Of a DNA stretch of 64,000 nucleotides, positions 1 through 12,700 are shown piece by piece. Location of the stretch: contig OX442314.1 in NCBI GenBank assembly GCA_949358305.1, positions 13,640,001-13,704,000 of the forward strand. The letters run 5' to 3'. A program made the position numbers and the translations under genes. Numbering within the stretch: the first letter of the stretch is position 1; each line of letters begins with the position of its first letter. This DNA comes from Strigamia acuminata. Lineage: Eukaryota. The notes beneath the pieces are model-generated. The model saw nothing but the letters and a program-made list of their open reading frames with translations. It had not been told where the DNA came from and ran no database searches.

Positions 1-2999
1 CTCACGTAAATCAATATCGAAAACTTGTACCAAAGACAATATAACGCTCACTTTTTCTGAAATTGTTTGGTACACTTCGAATAAAAATTAAATTAGATTA
101 AACGCAGTAAAAAAAAAGATGACATTTGAGGAAAAAATTATCAAACCGCTTTCTGACTCATTTCATCGTAATCTCTATTGGAAAAATGACGTTTAACTGG
201 CATGAAAAAATTGGCAGATGAGTTTATCTACAAAAGGAAGCATGACGAGCCATTTCTCACGATGACGGAACAAGTAATTAAGAAAACGTCAACTGATTTA
301 AAAAAGAAATGTAGCGATGAGATCAAATTGTCAATTACATCGATCGACTAATCTACCAAGCATATCAAGTCGGATCAGCGTGTAACTTGATTTCTTTCCA
401 CTAGCTTTTTACGAGAAACGACAGTCCAACATTCATACTATCCCAAACTCCCTTTCCGACACTTTTGAGTCTTTGACACGGCCTGAAAACCAACAACACA
501 GCTCGAGTCAGCTCCCTAAAACACATCCAAATTCGCACAAAACTGATGCCATTAGATTCGCATCGACGCCTGCCACTCCCAAAAGAGACCAAAATGTCAA
601 ACCAAACATCCACACCACTAGACCCATACCGCACACAACGGCGACAAACGTCCAACTTCACTCAAGAGAAACGCCCTTTAAAACTTCTTCCAAACTTCTC
701 CATTTCTTCTTCTCTGGAAAGAAAAAAAAATAAATTCATTCGGGGCAAAATCAAATCGATTTGAATGTATGCCAGTGCATTAAAAAAATTAGTAGACTTC
801 ATTAATTATACGCCGTAAGAAAAGGCAAAAATGAGCTTTGCTCGAAAGAGCTTTTCTTGGAAGTTAAAAAAAAATGTTAAAAAATAAATTAAACTTTATG
901 GCTAATTATTCCGCTTGGGTTTACTTAACAAATGGCAATAGAAACTAATGAAGTTGAAATCAGACTGACTGAGGATTTAGGCGGATTGAAATCTTAATCC
1001 GCAGACTATCTGAGCAGATGGCTCGACCTCGATATCGAAAATGATCTCATTACAAATACGATTAAAGAGAAAACGTTTTTAGAAAATCTAGAAATTGAAA
1101 AAAATAATATATTTTATAAACTAGAAAATCAATTTTGATTTTTTTTTACCTTATCGTTTAAAAATATCTTTTTTTTTCAATTTTTTTTATAGCATGCCGC
1201 ATTTTATTTTAAATAAAAAATCAAAAAAAATCTAACGTTTCAAGTTGATTGTTCGTGCTGGGACTTATTTAATGCGAGGATCGCTAAAATAAATATGATG
1301 CATCCAAGCGGGAAATTCGCATTAATACCCGGGCGGGCAGAATAAATCCAGAGACAATGCATGAATTTTTCAACTTCCATCACCGTTTCCATGGCATCAT
1401 GCAAGGAAAGATAGACCGTTACCTAGCAACAACAAGTGAATGTATTATGTATAATCAAAATAATGTGGTTTAACTTGATTAGCGCGATGAGATTCAACTC
1501 GTGCATTATCCATCATGTTGAAAATGAAACCGAAAGTGATGTATAACTATTATTTAAAATAAAATTATGAAAGTCAAGCAAATAAAATTTCAAGATTTTC
1601 CTACACAAAAAAGCAAACAAAGAAATAAAGAAATAAAAAATAAAGAAAATTTGCTTTTTAAATTTTATGTTAATGCAATTTCTCAACGAGTAAAACTTGT
1701 AAGATAATCAACAAATTTCCTTATTAAAAATGATAGTGCTCGCTCATCCATTAGCATCTGAACTAATAATTAAGTAATTCCCTAACTTGAAAAAAAAAAT
1801 CTTACCTGATAATTTTTCTTCTTCTTCGGTAGTACAAATGAAAAGGCGAATCAATAATTTACTGGTTGACGTTGAAAACTCCATTACGCTAATATGGTTT
1901 TACAATTAAAAAATGAATGACACTTATTTAAAATTGATGTGTATCCATATTGCTTCACAGCTGAATTATTAAACTTTGCAACATCAGTTAAAATGCAAAT
2001 GCCATTCAAATTTTATCTGTTCAAAACATTAAATAATATAAACAACTGGCTATAAATAAAATTGCTTAAATCTCTTTTAAGCATCAAAACGGTTGAAAGT
2101 TTTACCGTAAAATAATAAAATTTAAAAAATTAAATTATTCAAATCGTGTGCCAGGATAAAACTTATTTTAAATAAAAAATTAAAAAAAATTGAGTGACTT
2201 ATAAACCGAAATTACACCCATAAAAGCTAAGCCCAATATTTAACCATTGATTAACAAATTAAAGTGTCATCCACATGAAACTAAAAGCCATTTGATTTGT
2301 AGCTTGGATAGAACAAAACCTTGCGAAAAGCAGTCGATAAAGTCTGACATATCAATTTTTAAAAAAATACTTTACTTCCTTTTCTAATTTCTACTCGCAA
2401 ATATTCTCTTCACCATCCTCTTGAAAAGTGTTATCACGAGTAGACACTTTACCTGTTTCAGTTTAAAAAATTTAAAAACCCATTTTCTTCTCGCACTACA
2501 GGGCACATGAGGGACAATTAAGTGATATTTTTTTCTCTCTTAATTCAACTCCAAAAGTAATTAACGAGTTATTATATAACTCGTAATTGTTTTCGATTCA
2601 TAATAAAGTAGTAGTTAATTAAAAATTCATCACCCTACTACGTGCAAAAATAAACGCTGGCGCGTGCACATTGTAAATTAACCGTCTCTTATTCTTTGTG
2701 CACAACGTCGACTCGCTACCATTAGTATAGATGGAATTTTACATCGCTTGCTAAAACAAAACCTCAACTGCGAAAAGCGAGAGAAAAAGGTAAAATGAAA
2801 GCCTTTTGCACACAACTAACTCATGCTTTTAAATTGATTTTTTTCTTCTCTCCTCCTCTTTTCATTCCATAATGTTTAATTGCATGAGTAAAATTTCGAG
2901 CAAATTAAAAACGATATTAAATTCCCTTACCAAGGAATGTAACATACCGGTATATCGTATCTGGAACTGAATCCAATTTCCTAATGTTTCACGACATCT

Positions 3000-5386
3000 T
3001 TAAGCATTTATAGTTGTGTTAGAAGATTTCAAATTACCAAAAAGAAATTCAAAAAGCGAAAAAAGAAACCACAACAAACTTTTTTTTTTCAAGACCATTT
3101 TTTTTAATCAAGCTTGGTCTGAAAGTACATTGGTGATGGTATTTTTCAATCCATTGGGGAATAAACCATACAAAAAAATGATAAAATCTAAAAACGAAAA
3201 TTTTCTCAAGCTCCATCCACACTCACCTTCACACAACAATAAAAATCGAGCTAACATCTTTTTTTTTTATTGGACCTACACATACTGCAAAAAACTTTAT
3301 ACAACATTTGGTCCTACAGTTTCCATTCACTTTTGCTCTAAAAATATTGATTACAAAAAAAAATGAGATAGGAAGATGCTTAGTGTTGTGTGAGTGGAGC
3401 AAAATACAAAACAGAACCAAACAAAAAAACAAACAAATAAAAGAGAAATAATACAATAAAAAAAAATGAACTACCTGATACAGGGAGTTAAACTACTCAA
3501 GCAAAACATGACTGCTGCTTCTTGCTCTCGTCTTTTTTATCAAATCCGTCACAAATTTTTATATCATGCAAGCGGTAAAAACAAGTATCAAATTCTGATT
3601 TAAAAAACAAACGACTATTTTTATTCATTTGATTGGTGAGTTTGGTGGTCAGTTTATTAAAAAAAAAATCCATTTTTTAAAAAGACAATGTATAAAATAG
3701 TCCATTTTTCAGATTTGAAATAAAACAAGCAAAATCAAATCATCAATTTAGCCATTAAAAACAATGTGGTTTTAATATTACCATCTTATTCAATAGACAA
3801 GTGAAAAAATTATTCAATCTTCACTTAGATCTGATTATCAGTTGCATAAATGTAAATTTTTGATTAAATGATCAATCAAGTGTGATTGGATGCATTATTA
3901 TCAATCTTATTATAATTATTATTATAATAAAATTTGTCACGTATGGGAGTATGATGTATGTGGTTGCTAATTCCATTATAGACGTTTGATGATGAGATTT
4001 TCCTAAGAAATCAACAATGGAATTAAATAATTTGTTCATTTGTCAATTCGTCTCAAAGTCATCTTTCAGAAATAATAAATAAAAAAATCGAACCATTGAA
4101 AAAAAGAAAAAAAACAATAACAAGAAAAATGGAATGATATCAGAGGAAGGTAAAAAGGTTTATATCGATGTACTCCAGCCGACACACTTGCAAAAAATAA
4201 TGCACTTATGTTACTAGCAAAAAATGTTAGTAACGAAGTGGGTTTTTTCCTTCTAAAATTAAAAAATAGATAAATAAAAAACAAGGAACTGAATATCGAG
4301 TTCTCACCATCGACACACAAAAAAAGTAAAGAAAAAAAGGAAAATACTGACATGTGCATAGTTTGGGCAAGAGGAAGTTATACTACATCAATTTGCAGTC
4401 GACAAGAACCACTGAAACAAATTTCCAACTCAAATCAAATGAATCATTAAGGATATTGAAAAACTGTTCTATGTTAAGATGAAAACAGATTCTGAATACC
4501 CATAATGCTAAATCTTTAATTAAATGCCAATTTTTTATTTTTTAAAAAACACCCAACAATAAAAAACCATCCCAACAACTTAACCAAACAAATATTTAAA
4601 AAAGAAAAAAAAAAGATGTAAAACATAAAAATTAAAATTAATTAACTAATCAAATGTACAAAATCCTATTTGTATCGACATTTCGAAGGGCACGTTTTGT
4701 TCCCTAAATATGAATATAAAAATTTCCACTCGTTTCATTTTATTTCGTGGAGCAAGAGAAACAATAGACAAAGGGTCTTAAAGCCCCACCGCTTGGCTAT
4801 CACTTATCCTTTCTATTACAAACTGGGGTAATTATCTTCTTGTATAAACCTCCATTTTTCTAATTAGGCTTACAATCTAGTGCAGTTTCTTAGCAAAGTT
4901 AAGTCCGTTCTCATTTTATAAATATAAGAAGAAGTCAGTTGAGACTCCCGTCACCACCAGCAGCTTCAACTTGGCAAAATGTTGTTTACCGAAACAAAAA
5001 CAAAAGGAATAAAAAAAAAAAATGGAAACTGATGGACATTTCATCAAACTATGAGGTCGCTTGAGGAGTGTTCCTTTTATTTTTCTTTTCTTTTCTTCCC
5101 ATCTGCTCAGGAAATATAGAGGAAAATTTTTTTCTTTTTCTTCTTCCTATGTTTTTAAGTTTTTTATTTTTATTTTTATTTTCCATAAATTTTACCCTGT
5201 AAATGGACAACAAGACAAGGTGTTGCGTGGCATTTCGGAGGCAAGGTGGGCGGTTCAAATATAGAATAGAGAGACATAGAGAGAGCCTTGGAGGACGTCA
5301 CCGAATTGAGCAGAGGGCGACATGTTTGTCATCGTGTTGCCAGAAAACGAGGGAAATCGAACACACTAGAAACCCGGTGTTTATTC
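3000..5386 (-). other. Probable U-rich 3' UTR (distal end undefined)
   Basis: Lies directly downstream of the stop codon and is strongly T-rich on the minus strand. It has several AATAAA hexamers, the first at 5385-5380. The 3000 boundary is approximate. Confidence 0.45.
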
Positions 5387-6784
5387 TCATGTGATCACGG
5401 TCCTAGAATTTGCTTCGGCGGGAACGGGTCGCCGCGAACGACCCGGGGTCTGGTTATTGGTAGTCGGCAAGAGTTTCTGCGACTCCCCGCTCATGAGTTT
5501 GTGCTCACTTTTGGCTGAAGGTGGCCGGTTAGGATCCAGTCCACGTCTGCTGGGCAGCGTCGTGACGAACGTACCCGGCGAGTCGCAATTAGCACCGCCC
5601 CGCTTCGGCCTAAAAGTGCTGAATTCGGTCAGAGATCTTTCGTGAGGATCACTGTTCCTCGCGCCGCCGGAATTGCTGCTGCCAGAGCCGCTCGAACTTC
5701 TCGAATTCCTGTTGCTGCTCCCGTGACTCGAGGCCGCTCCGTTTTGATTGATCACGTGGGGCGAATGTTGCATCTTTTGATTCAACTCTGATATGAGCGG
5801 CACGGGTAGGTGACGCCCACCAACGGCCGCGTCTGCGTCTCGAGGCGGCGGTAGCGGTGGTGCCTTGCGGCCCGCGTACAACGGAGGCGCGGGACTACTG
5901 TTGTCTTTGGGTCCGAGCTCCCCAGCGCCGTACACACCCGGGGTGTAAACCATCCTGCCAGGGGGTAATGGGGGCGGTGGACCTATGACATCAGGTTGAT
6001 AGTAACCCACAGCTGATCCGGGCAACGACGGGTACAACGCCCTCCTCACGTCGGGGTAAGAATTGACAAACTCGTGCGGCGCCAGCGCGACGCCGCTCGC
6101 CGCACCTTGTCGCAGCTGCTCGATCAGTTCGGCCTCGGTCAGATGAGGAGGACGGTACTCGTACGCGGGATGGAGATGATGATGTTGCTGATGCTGATGA
6201 TGAGGAGGGGAGCTTTTATTGGCGCCGGGTACTTCCTTGTCGTAGTACCCGGGTTTCGGATCCGAGCCGTACGCCTGTTGCCGGTTTCGTTCCACTGTCC
6301 GCACACGGGCGTCCGGGCCGTCGGGAAAAGGCTCCCCTTTCATTTTGCGTTGTCTGTGCGAAGCGCTGCGGTGATGATTATGCCCGTCGTGCTCCACCTC
6401 GCTGCCCACCGAGTCCAAGTCTCGGCACAGATCATCGCCCGTCGAGCCGCGAAGACTGCTCGTGCCCGAACCCGCTCCTGCACCGTCCTCCCTGCTGCCG
6501 TCCTCGTCCTGTTTAGGAAAATCCGCCAAGCTCAGTTCGTCCTCGGCGAATTCGTCTTCGCTCATCACAGACGGAGGAGGTTCGTCGCTCTCCAAGTCAG
6601 AGTCCTGACTGCACCCGTTCGGTTTCTCCGATCCGGCCGACACCTCTTCGTAAGCCGGGTTGAAATGTTCACGCGATTTGCTCGACTTTAAAGTGTCAGT
6701 GTCCTTGGGCGGGTATATGAAAATTTTGTTGTTCATGGGCGTGAAGCCAGCACCGCCGTAATTGCTGCACTTTACGTCCAGGAG
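5387..6784 (-). CDS. Terminal coding exon of a single-pass membrane protein (long Pro/Ser/Gly/acidic tail, predicted cytoplasmic)
   Basis: GC-rich 449-aa ORF that extends upstream as LLDVKCSNYGGAGFTP to an acceptor ...tttttcttatttatag|CTC at 6785/6784. Phase 0 matches the donors of the preceding exon. TGA stop at 5389-5387. Confidence 0.93.
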   Translation of the reverse strand, partial: LLDVKCSNYGGAGFTPMNNKIFIYPPKDTDTLKSSKSREHFNPAYEEVSAGSEKPNGCSQDSDLESDEPPPSVMSEDEFAEDELSLADFPKQDEDGSREDGAGAGSGTSSLRGSTGDDLCRDLDSVGSEVEHDGHNHHRSASHRQRKMKGEPFPDGPDARVRTVERNRQQAYGSDPKPGYYDKEVPGANKSSPPHHQHQQHHHLHPAYEYRPPHLTEAELIEQLRQGAASGVALAPHEFVNSYPDVRRALYPSLPGSAVGYYQPDVIGPPPPLPPGRMVYTPGVYGAGELGPKDNSSPAPPLYAGRKAPPLPPPRDADAAVGGRHLPVPLISELNQKMQHSPHVINQNGAASSHGSSNRNSRSSSGSGSSNSGGARNSDPHERSLTEFSTFRPKRGGANCDSPGTFVTTLPSRRGLDPNRPPSAKSEHKLMSGESQKLLPTTNNQTPGRSRRPVPAEANSRTVIT

Positions 6785-9700
6785 CTATAAATAAGAAAAA
6801 TACAAAAAATACAATTACTACCAATTATAATATAGAATAGAAATAAATTTAATCAATTTCATTCGACTTGTAATTGTGTGTAAAGGCACCAGATGTATTT
6901 TAGCTCGCTAGATAAATCAAATCATTCCAATTCAATATCGTAATATTGCAAACTTTTTCCAATCTCCTTCCTTCTCCCCAAAATAAATTGATCCCATTAA
7001 AATAAAAACAAGACGATAAAAAGCGCGTTTAATAATTGCCACGGTTTCATCAAGTTCAAATTACATTTAAAGTATTCAGCCATAAATCGCACTAGTAGAA
7101 ATGCAATATTGTGACGAGGAACAGACAACGCACGGCGGAAATGCGTTTGCCAACTCCCGGCTCGACAAACTCCTCTCCAGCTTGTGTACGAAGAAGAAAA
7201 TAAAAATTTAAATGGATGTAATAGATTTCGAACATCCTACTACGGTAACTTATGGTCATAATCGCCTCCGCTACTGCATCATAAATAAATGTCCCGATAC
7301 GAGAGAGAGGCTTTCCGCGTTGCTTATTGGGAACTCGAAATGGAGAAAGAGAAAATCTACAAATGATTTATCTCGCGCCCGTTTTGCTCCATCCTATGGC
7401 GACACTGAAGGAGGGAGAAAAAGTTTATAACAACACGGATGAGGGAGGGGGGAAGAGGGGGAAGGGAAATAAGAGAAAAAGAAGAGAGGATTGTGAGGCG
7501 AGAAAAAAGATGAAGTGTACTGAAATATGACTCGAGTCCAGGTACTGTATAGTGGCGAACTTTTTGCTGGACACTTGATATATTTCAAGCGAATCCCATA
7601 TTTTATTACAAACGATGACAGACTGTAATAACTTTGCATACAATTTTCGCAACCGCTTAAATTGATGATGTTATAAAATGCATTTAATATTACTTTGATT
7701 CATGGCGCTCCTCTACAATCTTTGCTTGGGCTACTTTATAAGACAAATTAACGTCACATTTTTAAAACCTAACTCGATTCTCCACTCCCACTTCATTTTT
7801 ACCTTTAAACTTTAATTCGTTCATCAATAAACCCAGCGCCATTCATCAATCCCCGCAAAGAACTTAATTATACTTTTTTTCCCCTCCTCCTCTTGTTTTG
7901 TTTCCTTAAATCAAATAAGATCCTTAAACAAACTAATTTTAAAAAAAGAAGGAAAGAAAAAATAGGATTGCATGCGACCTTCTATTTTTCCCCCTTTTTT
8001 CTATATTTTTTTCTTCACCTCTTTAGGTCGAACTGTGTGGGCGGGGGCGCGGTTGTAAATCATTCCTATTTGCCTGCTTGCCACTGATAATACTAAGCTT
8101 CTTTTCCAAGCGGCCCTTACATATGGACGGAACAGATAATGATTCCCTTCTCAGTCTGACGGTCTCTTTTCCTTATAAGATGGAGGATATTGCTCTACCC
8201 CAATACACTCTTCCTCTTTCAATTAAAGCTTTTTTTTTTACCCCTCCAAATTTTTCAAAATGGTTAAGTGCAGTGATTGAAATTAAACCGTCGAAAAGCG
8301 TTATTTTAAATCGCCCGACGATTTCCGTCAAGCTAATTTTTGATTTTTAAACAACTCTCGAATTCTTTTCGCATGATTAAAACCCACTGCGTAAAATCCC
8401 TTTAAACTCCAATATAATCGAAGCACATTTTATTTTTTTTCCACTTGATTAATTAAGAGAATAATTGAATATTCAGTTTTTTAATAATAAAAACACGATT
8501 ACAAATTCCAGAATGTTGGAAAATTTATAAATTTATAAATTTATAAACGTAAGCTTACAATATGCGTCTGAAAATCGAGTTGTGCAAAGTCCTTAATGTA
8601 TTTTAGCATTATAACTGTCTTCGCTCAAGAAAAATTTCAAATTAACCTTATTACCATATGCAAGCAAAAACAGAAGAGTTAGCAAAATTACATTAGGCAC
8701 GACTAAAAATTTATAGAAAAAAATTACAAGAGAAAAAGAAAAAGTAAAAAAAAAAAATCTTATCCTGCAGCAAGATGATGTTTCCATTACAAATAACCCG
8801 AGTCATTAGCACGGTGAAAAGAAAAGTAGAAACAAAGTGGTGGAAGGGGCCACTCATGGCATTACCCGAGAAAATAAATTACAATTCCATTAAGGTGTAA
8901 ATTTCTCCTCATCATTTCGGCGCAACAGAACGTGATTCCTCGTTTGTGTGCACTTCTCTAAAGTCTCTACAAAACCAACCCAAATTCACCAACTGAACAT
9001 CACTGATGATTGCAGTCGTCAACTGCCACCATTTTTTCTTTCCAACAAGAAATTCTTTTTATAAATTTTTTTTATAATTTTTTTTTTTTTACTCTTTCTA
9101 AATTCCTCTTCCCTGATAATGATCAATAAAATGAGGCCAATAACATGTCCTCTCTTCTCAAACGAAACAAGAAATGCCTCTCTCCCTTTTACTGCCAAGG
9201 TCTGACACCCCACCTTTCATCCTACACGTCCGCAAATAAGAAAAGTGAGGCGTGAAGTTGTCCAAGTGGCTAAAGACGGATCGACTCGCACTTAGACTTA
9301 GACCTCAGTTTTCATTCTCCATCCATTCCCTTTTCTCACATAAGTAGAAACCATTTGTAATCCTAGCAAACTCGCATTTTATTCTCCGCAAATCCACACT
9401 GCATTGCACAAAAAGGAAAAACACTAACTCCAACCGTTATTTCAGCTTCAAAAAAGCACAATTCCATTCAAACCAAGACAAAATTGCAGTATCTCGACAT
9501 TTTATCCCTGGTTAAAATTGGTAAAATTGAAAATCCCTTCCTATTCCCTTTACACTCGCAATCCCAACCAAAACAAATTATAAATCGCTACAAATTACGC
9601 GCTAAATGAGATTTTCCCACATCACCCATAGAAAAAAAAAATCTTTAATACTTCAACTTCATCTCACGAAAATCGGAAACAACACATTTGCCTAAATGCT

Positions 9701-12700
9701 CTTCTTGTTTATAAGCAAATTCCCTACGATCAACGAGGCGCTCGCAACATCCCGTAGGGAAGCAGACCGTAATGATGCACACGCGCCAACGCCAACCTTC
9801 TTCAATTCAACGGTGCACGCGCACGCGCAAACGCCCTGATGAAGCCAACTTGCGATGCTGAAGCCTCTCTTCATTAGTCGCTACGGGAGCGGAGCAAACG
9901 GTCGGGCGCCACCAACCCTGCTCCAGAATCCTCAGAGTGCAATCAAGAAAAAGGGAGAAACAACAAGAACCCTGACCTCGCATTCGTTTAAAGGGGCCAA
10001 AGAACCCAATTCCGATGCCACTCCAACTCAAAACTTTCCCCATTTAGCTCTCATGGTTTGTTATTTCACAAATTTCCACTTCGGCGTATTGCATCGCCCA
10101 TCGAGGATAATTAAGTCCCACAAGTGCACGAAATTACAAAACTGTATTATCCACACAGTAATGACATGCAAATGAGTTATGAGAGTTGATAAATACGACT
10201 CCAATTAATAAGTTTATTGATTTTTTTTTATTTTACCGAAAAATATATTCAACTTGATCCCCGAGAAATGAATGAGAGACCTAACTCATTAGACTTGAGT
10301 GACCTTTGATTATGCGAATAAGGTGGAGAAAACTGATAGAATAGGAATGCCGCCTCGCCTCGAGGAGCCACGGGTTGTTGGCAACGGCAAAACTCGACTC
10401 GCAACGAGAAAAAGAAGCAGAAGATGGCAAGCCCTCCAATTTCATGGCTCGACGGATTTTAAAACCAAAACGTGATGAGATTGAAGAAACGCAGCTGTTG
10501 AGACGACTCAAATCACACAGGTATCTCGCAACTTGGACGTTTGCGTCATTTTATATCCGAAATATCAAAAAACGTTGAAATTAATTCGCATATTAATACA
10601 ATTTATCTTGCAAACATTTTTATTTATTTGCAGAAAAAAATAATTTCATTTTCCTCCGCCATTTACGCGAAAATAAATCACTCTGTATCAACTTGTTGTA
10701 TTAATTTAAAATCATACATCAAAAATGGTAAAGCGGATAGTCAATTTACAACACGCAGAGTTCATCCAAATAAAGACCAATAAATCACATCCCACTAGAA
10801 AATAAACGCAATCTAAAACTCGTTTTTTCTCGTCCATTATATGGTTGAACAGTTTTATATCGACGCAAAAAAACCTCAACAATTAATTCCAATGCGTTTA
10901 ATGAGGCTTAATATTTCACTTAAGAAATGGCGGAGGGGAATGGAGGGAGAGCCCGAACGAAATGGGTACCGTCAGAATAGGTTCGAAATTTAAATTCAAA
11001 TTGGAATAAATTCGAATGCAGTAAGGATGAATTTGCTTCAAATTGATTTTTCTGCAGAACTGAAAATTGCCAAGAAAAAGAAAGAAATTCACACAAGTTT
11101 ACTTCGAATTCCCATTTTCTATGAATATTCGCAGTAAGCAAAGTACAACACATCAATTTTGAATTTACTTCATTTAACATTCTGACGTATTTCATTCCCA
11201 GTGAACTAAATAACCAAATTCCAACTAAAATCCTTTCTTTTCAAAAATTCGAAAGATCGCGTATGAAATTAAATAATCAATAAAACCGCAAATTAGCAAA
11301 TTTTTTTTCACCACCACCACCACCACAAAAAAATAAATAAAAAAAAAAAAAAAAAAAAACCAAATTAAAAGAAAATAAAAATAATGAATTGAAAATATTA
11401 ACGCGATATTAATAACCCCAAACTGAACACAACGCCGGAGTGGGAATTAAAGAAGCGACACGCCATCTGTCGAGACATTTTTTTATCACTGGAACAAATT
11501 ACGTGGCACATCATTAGTGTACCCTAGATAGCATGTGGCATCGTTACAAAACATCTTTACCTCTCATCCTTTTATGATATTCAAATTTATTCGGCTCTAA
11601 CGGGTTCATTAGTAATCAAATAATTGCAACGAGCCAGCCAAGTAATTAATTACAAAAGCGAGGGAAAAAGTTTGAAAAAACAACTCATTGCAATATTATT
11701 ACTCGTCGAGCCCCAAGGAACGCCTGCTCACGTGTGGGATGACTTCATCAAAAACTTTTACAAAGCACATCATCTGTATGCAAGCGTCCAGGTGAGAGGG
11801 CTGCAAGTGGGTGGATGAGGATGGGCACCGAGTTGACGTGCGCGTCTAATTTACTGACGCTGATTACTTCACGAACAGAATAACGCTGACAGCTAAGAAC
11901 GCTGACCCCTGCTTAAAACGTTTGCGCCGAGCATGCGCTACGAAACTCGCCGGGCGCCTGCACGAAAAAGCAAAGAAAACGGACCGCCGCTCGGCTGCAG
12001 GACCACCAACACTCGAGTATCCATCAGCCCGAAGCTTGGATTGATGCGGGCGGGACGGAATCCCCTTCCTCGGAGATGTATGGGCTCCCCCGCAACGCCT
12101 TTGCTGCCAGCTGTGATGTCACTCATTTCACCTCCTGCCAAGTTCGTGGGACGTTTTGGGAAAAAGTTGACAAGTTAATCTAGAAGCGGGGTAAAGAATG
12201 ACCTCAGAGAATGTGAGTTAGGAAGTCATTCACCACTCCGTGAAAAAAAAAAACAATTGTATGCAAATTAATTTCCAAAAGAAATTTAATATTGCGAAAC
12301 ACACGTTGCTGCAATTTGGTAACTGTTTACCGTTATAGTTATTTAGCCAAAAGAGTAACTAGTTATCGTTAAGTTAGCATAAACTTGTAATTTTGAAGAA
12401 TTTTGAAGAATTTTAATTGAAAAAGTTGTGATAAATATTGTAATGAGTATGCAAAAATGTTAAAATATGCAAATGAAATAATAAACATCTCAAACTAGTT
12501 AAATAAATAAATAAAAGTCAGAATGCTGCACCTGACACAATTTTAATTTCAATTATCTGTTGAAAAGTTAGCTTCACCCCGCCACATCTATAAATGCAAT
12601 CTGGGGACGCTGCACGCAATCAAAGTAACGAGCTCGAATGTTGGCCAATGTCGCAGCTGGAAGTCGTTCGAGACGACACAAACGTACCACCACCTGTGCA

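Noticed and set aside
6074..6691. 205-aa plus-strand ORF (and 5391-5645, 39641-39901) overlapping the exons
   Set aside because: These are antisense shadows of GC-rich coding exons, with no independent gene signals.
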